DNA from: Thecamonas trahens ATCC 50062
Lineage: Eukaryota > Protista > Apusomonadida
DNA: 64,000 nt
Assembly (NCBI RefSeq): GCF_000142905.1
Contig: NW_013657651.1
Location: forward strand, 186,001-250,000
Direction of reading: 5' to 3'
A program made the position numbers and the translations under genes. This document shows, one piece after another, positions 63,281 to 64,000 of this stretch. The notes beneath the pieces are model-generated. The model was not told the DNA's origin. It saw only the letters and a program-made list of their open reading frames with translations, and did no database searches. Within the stretch, counting starts at the first letter, position 1. Every line of letters begins with the position of its first letter.

Positions 63281-64000
63281 ATGGGAAAGGACGACGCATT
63301 TAGATCTCCCTGGGTGTGGGGTCCAGTGCTGTTGGGGGTTGTGGGCGTGCCGGTGGTGGCGTTTGCGGCAGCGGGCGTGAGGGTGGCTGGCCACGGCCCA
63401 GAGCTGAAGCTTCCGTTCCCGTCGGCGGTCGCCTCTCTGTGCTTGCCTTCCGCGCTGAGCGGAGCATGCACCTATCCGGCGGCAGCGTACGCCTTTGTTG
63501 GCATGCTTTTGTTCTACATTGGCTTCTCCACTGTCTTGCAGCTTGCGTTCTACACCGCTGCCGCCAAGCAAGAGACCCGCGAGGCCCGGGCAGCGGCAGC
63601 GTCGGCCTGGCGCACCGCTGGCGCGGCCGACGCCTCGTCGTTCATTGTCGACACGCCGGAAGACTGCATGGTCTGGTGGCTGCCGGCTCGCGCTGCCGCC
63701 TTTGCTTCCAAGCGGCGCATCGCTCAGCATCCAGTCTTTGCCTCGGTCAATCTGCTCACGTCGGCCCTCGCCGCCGCCGGCCTAGTCCACATCGTCGTCG
63801 CCGGCGCCTCGTACATGGTGTGGCCATGGGACTCGGCGCGGAGCCAGGCGTACGGTCTGGCTGTCGGCACGACAGCGGCGGTGCTTTCGGAGCAGCTTGC
63901 GCAGTACCTTTGGCATCGGGTCATGCACATTCCCTGGTTCTACGCCACCTTTCACAAGTTCCACCACAAGGCCCGCAACCCTTCGGCGTTTGATGACCTC
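63281..64000 (+). CDS. Sterol desaturase / fatty acid hydroxylase family protein (ERG3/SC5D-like), runs off the window
   Basis: Open frame from ATG 63281 to the end; His boxes YLWHRVMH and FHKFHH. Not in the ORF track because no stop is reached. Confidence 0.88.
   Translation, partial: MGKDDAFRSPWVWGPVLLGVVGVPVVAFAAAGVRVAGHGPELKLPFPSAVASLCLPSALSGACTYPAAAYAFVGMLLFYIGFSTVLQLAFYTAAAKQETREARAAAASAWRTAGAADASSFIVDTPEDCMVWWLPARAAAFASKRRIAQHPVFASVNLLTSALAAAGLVHIVVAGASYMVWPWDSARSQAYGLAVGTTAAVLSEQLAQYLWHRVMHIPWFYATFHKFHHKARNPSAFDDL

Noticed and set aside
1-64000. Transposases, reverse transcriptases, Fanzor/TnpB, tRNA, rRNA, CRISPR arrays
   Set aside because: No supporting motifs were seen anywhere in the window.

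Overview
Gene-dense, GC-rich, intron-poor eukaryotic DNA. The style fits an apusomonad such as Thecamonas trahens, but this is inferred from gene content and intron style and is not verified. There are about 30 protein-coding genes, mostly with 0-1 intron near the 5' end (GTATGT/GTACGY donors, microsatellite and poly-G/C filled). Recognisable genes: CDC50 (3' end), CARMIL-like, ankyrin-FERM-LRR, Mic12/Mic13-like, a K+ channel with four pore domains, ATP10, Sfi1-like, SLBP, CEP43/FOP, ArgRS, WD40, OXSM, ACSBG, TMEM70, a Slo/BK channel, PP2A-A, an LRR protein, ATP synthase F6-like, F-BAR, MRM1, R3HDM4, huntingtin, PRKRIP1 and a sterol desaturase (5' part). The most interesting observations are: (1) a ~1.55-kb intergenic region (19690-21247) with no credible ORF that can fold on the + strand into two large domains, contains a G-quadruplex-prone loop and ends in T5, making it a candidate large ncRNA of unknown class; (2) a single-chain 4-pore/8-TM K+ channel carrying a circularly permuted C2 domain; (3) a DUF3575-like bacterial beta-barrel with a mitochondrial beta-signal; (4) Mic12/13-like and F6-like small mitochondrial genes visible only after splicing. 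About ten genes/sites need a single added base to restore the frame, most likely homopolymer sequencing errors. Three N gaps are present. All family assignments come from motif recognition by eye, not database searches.
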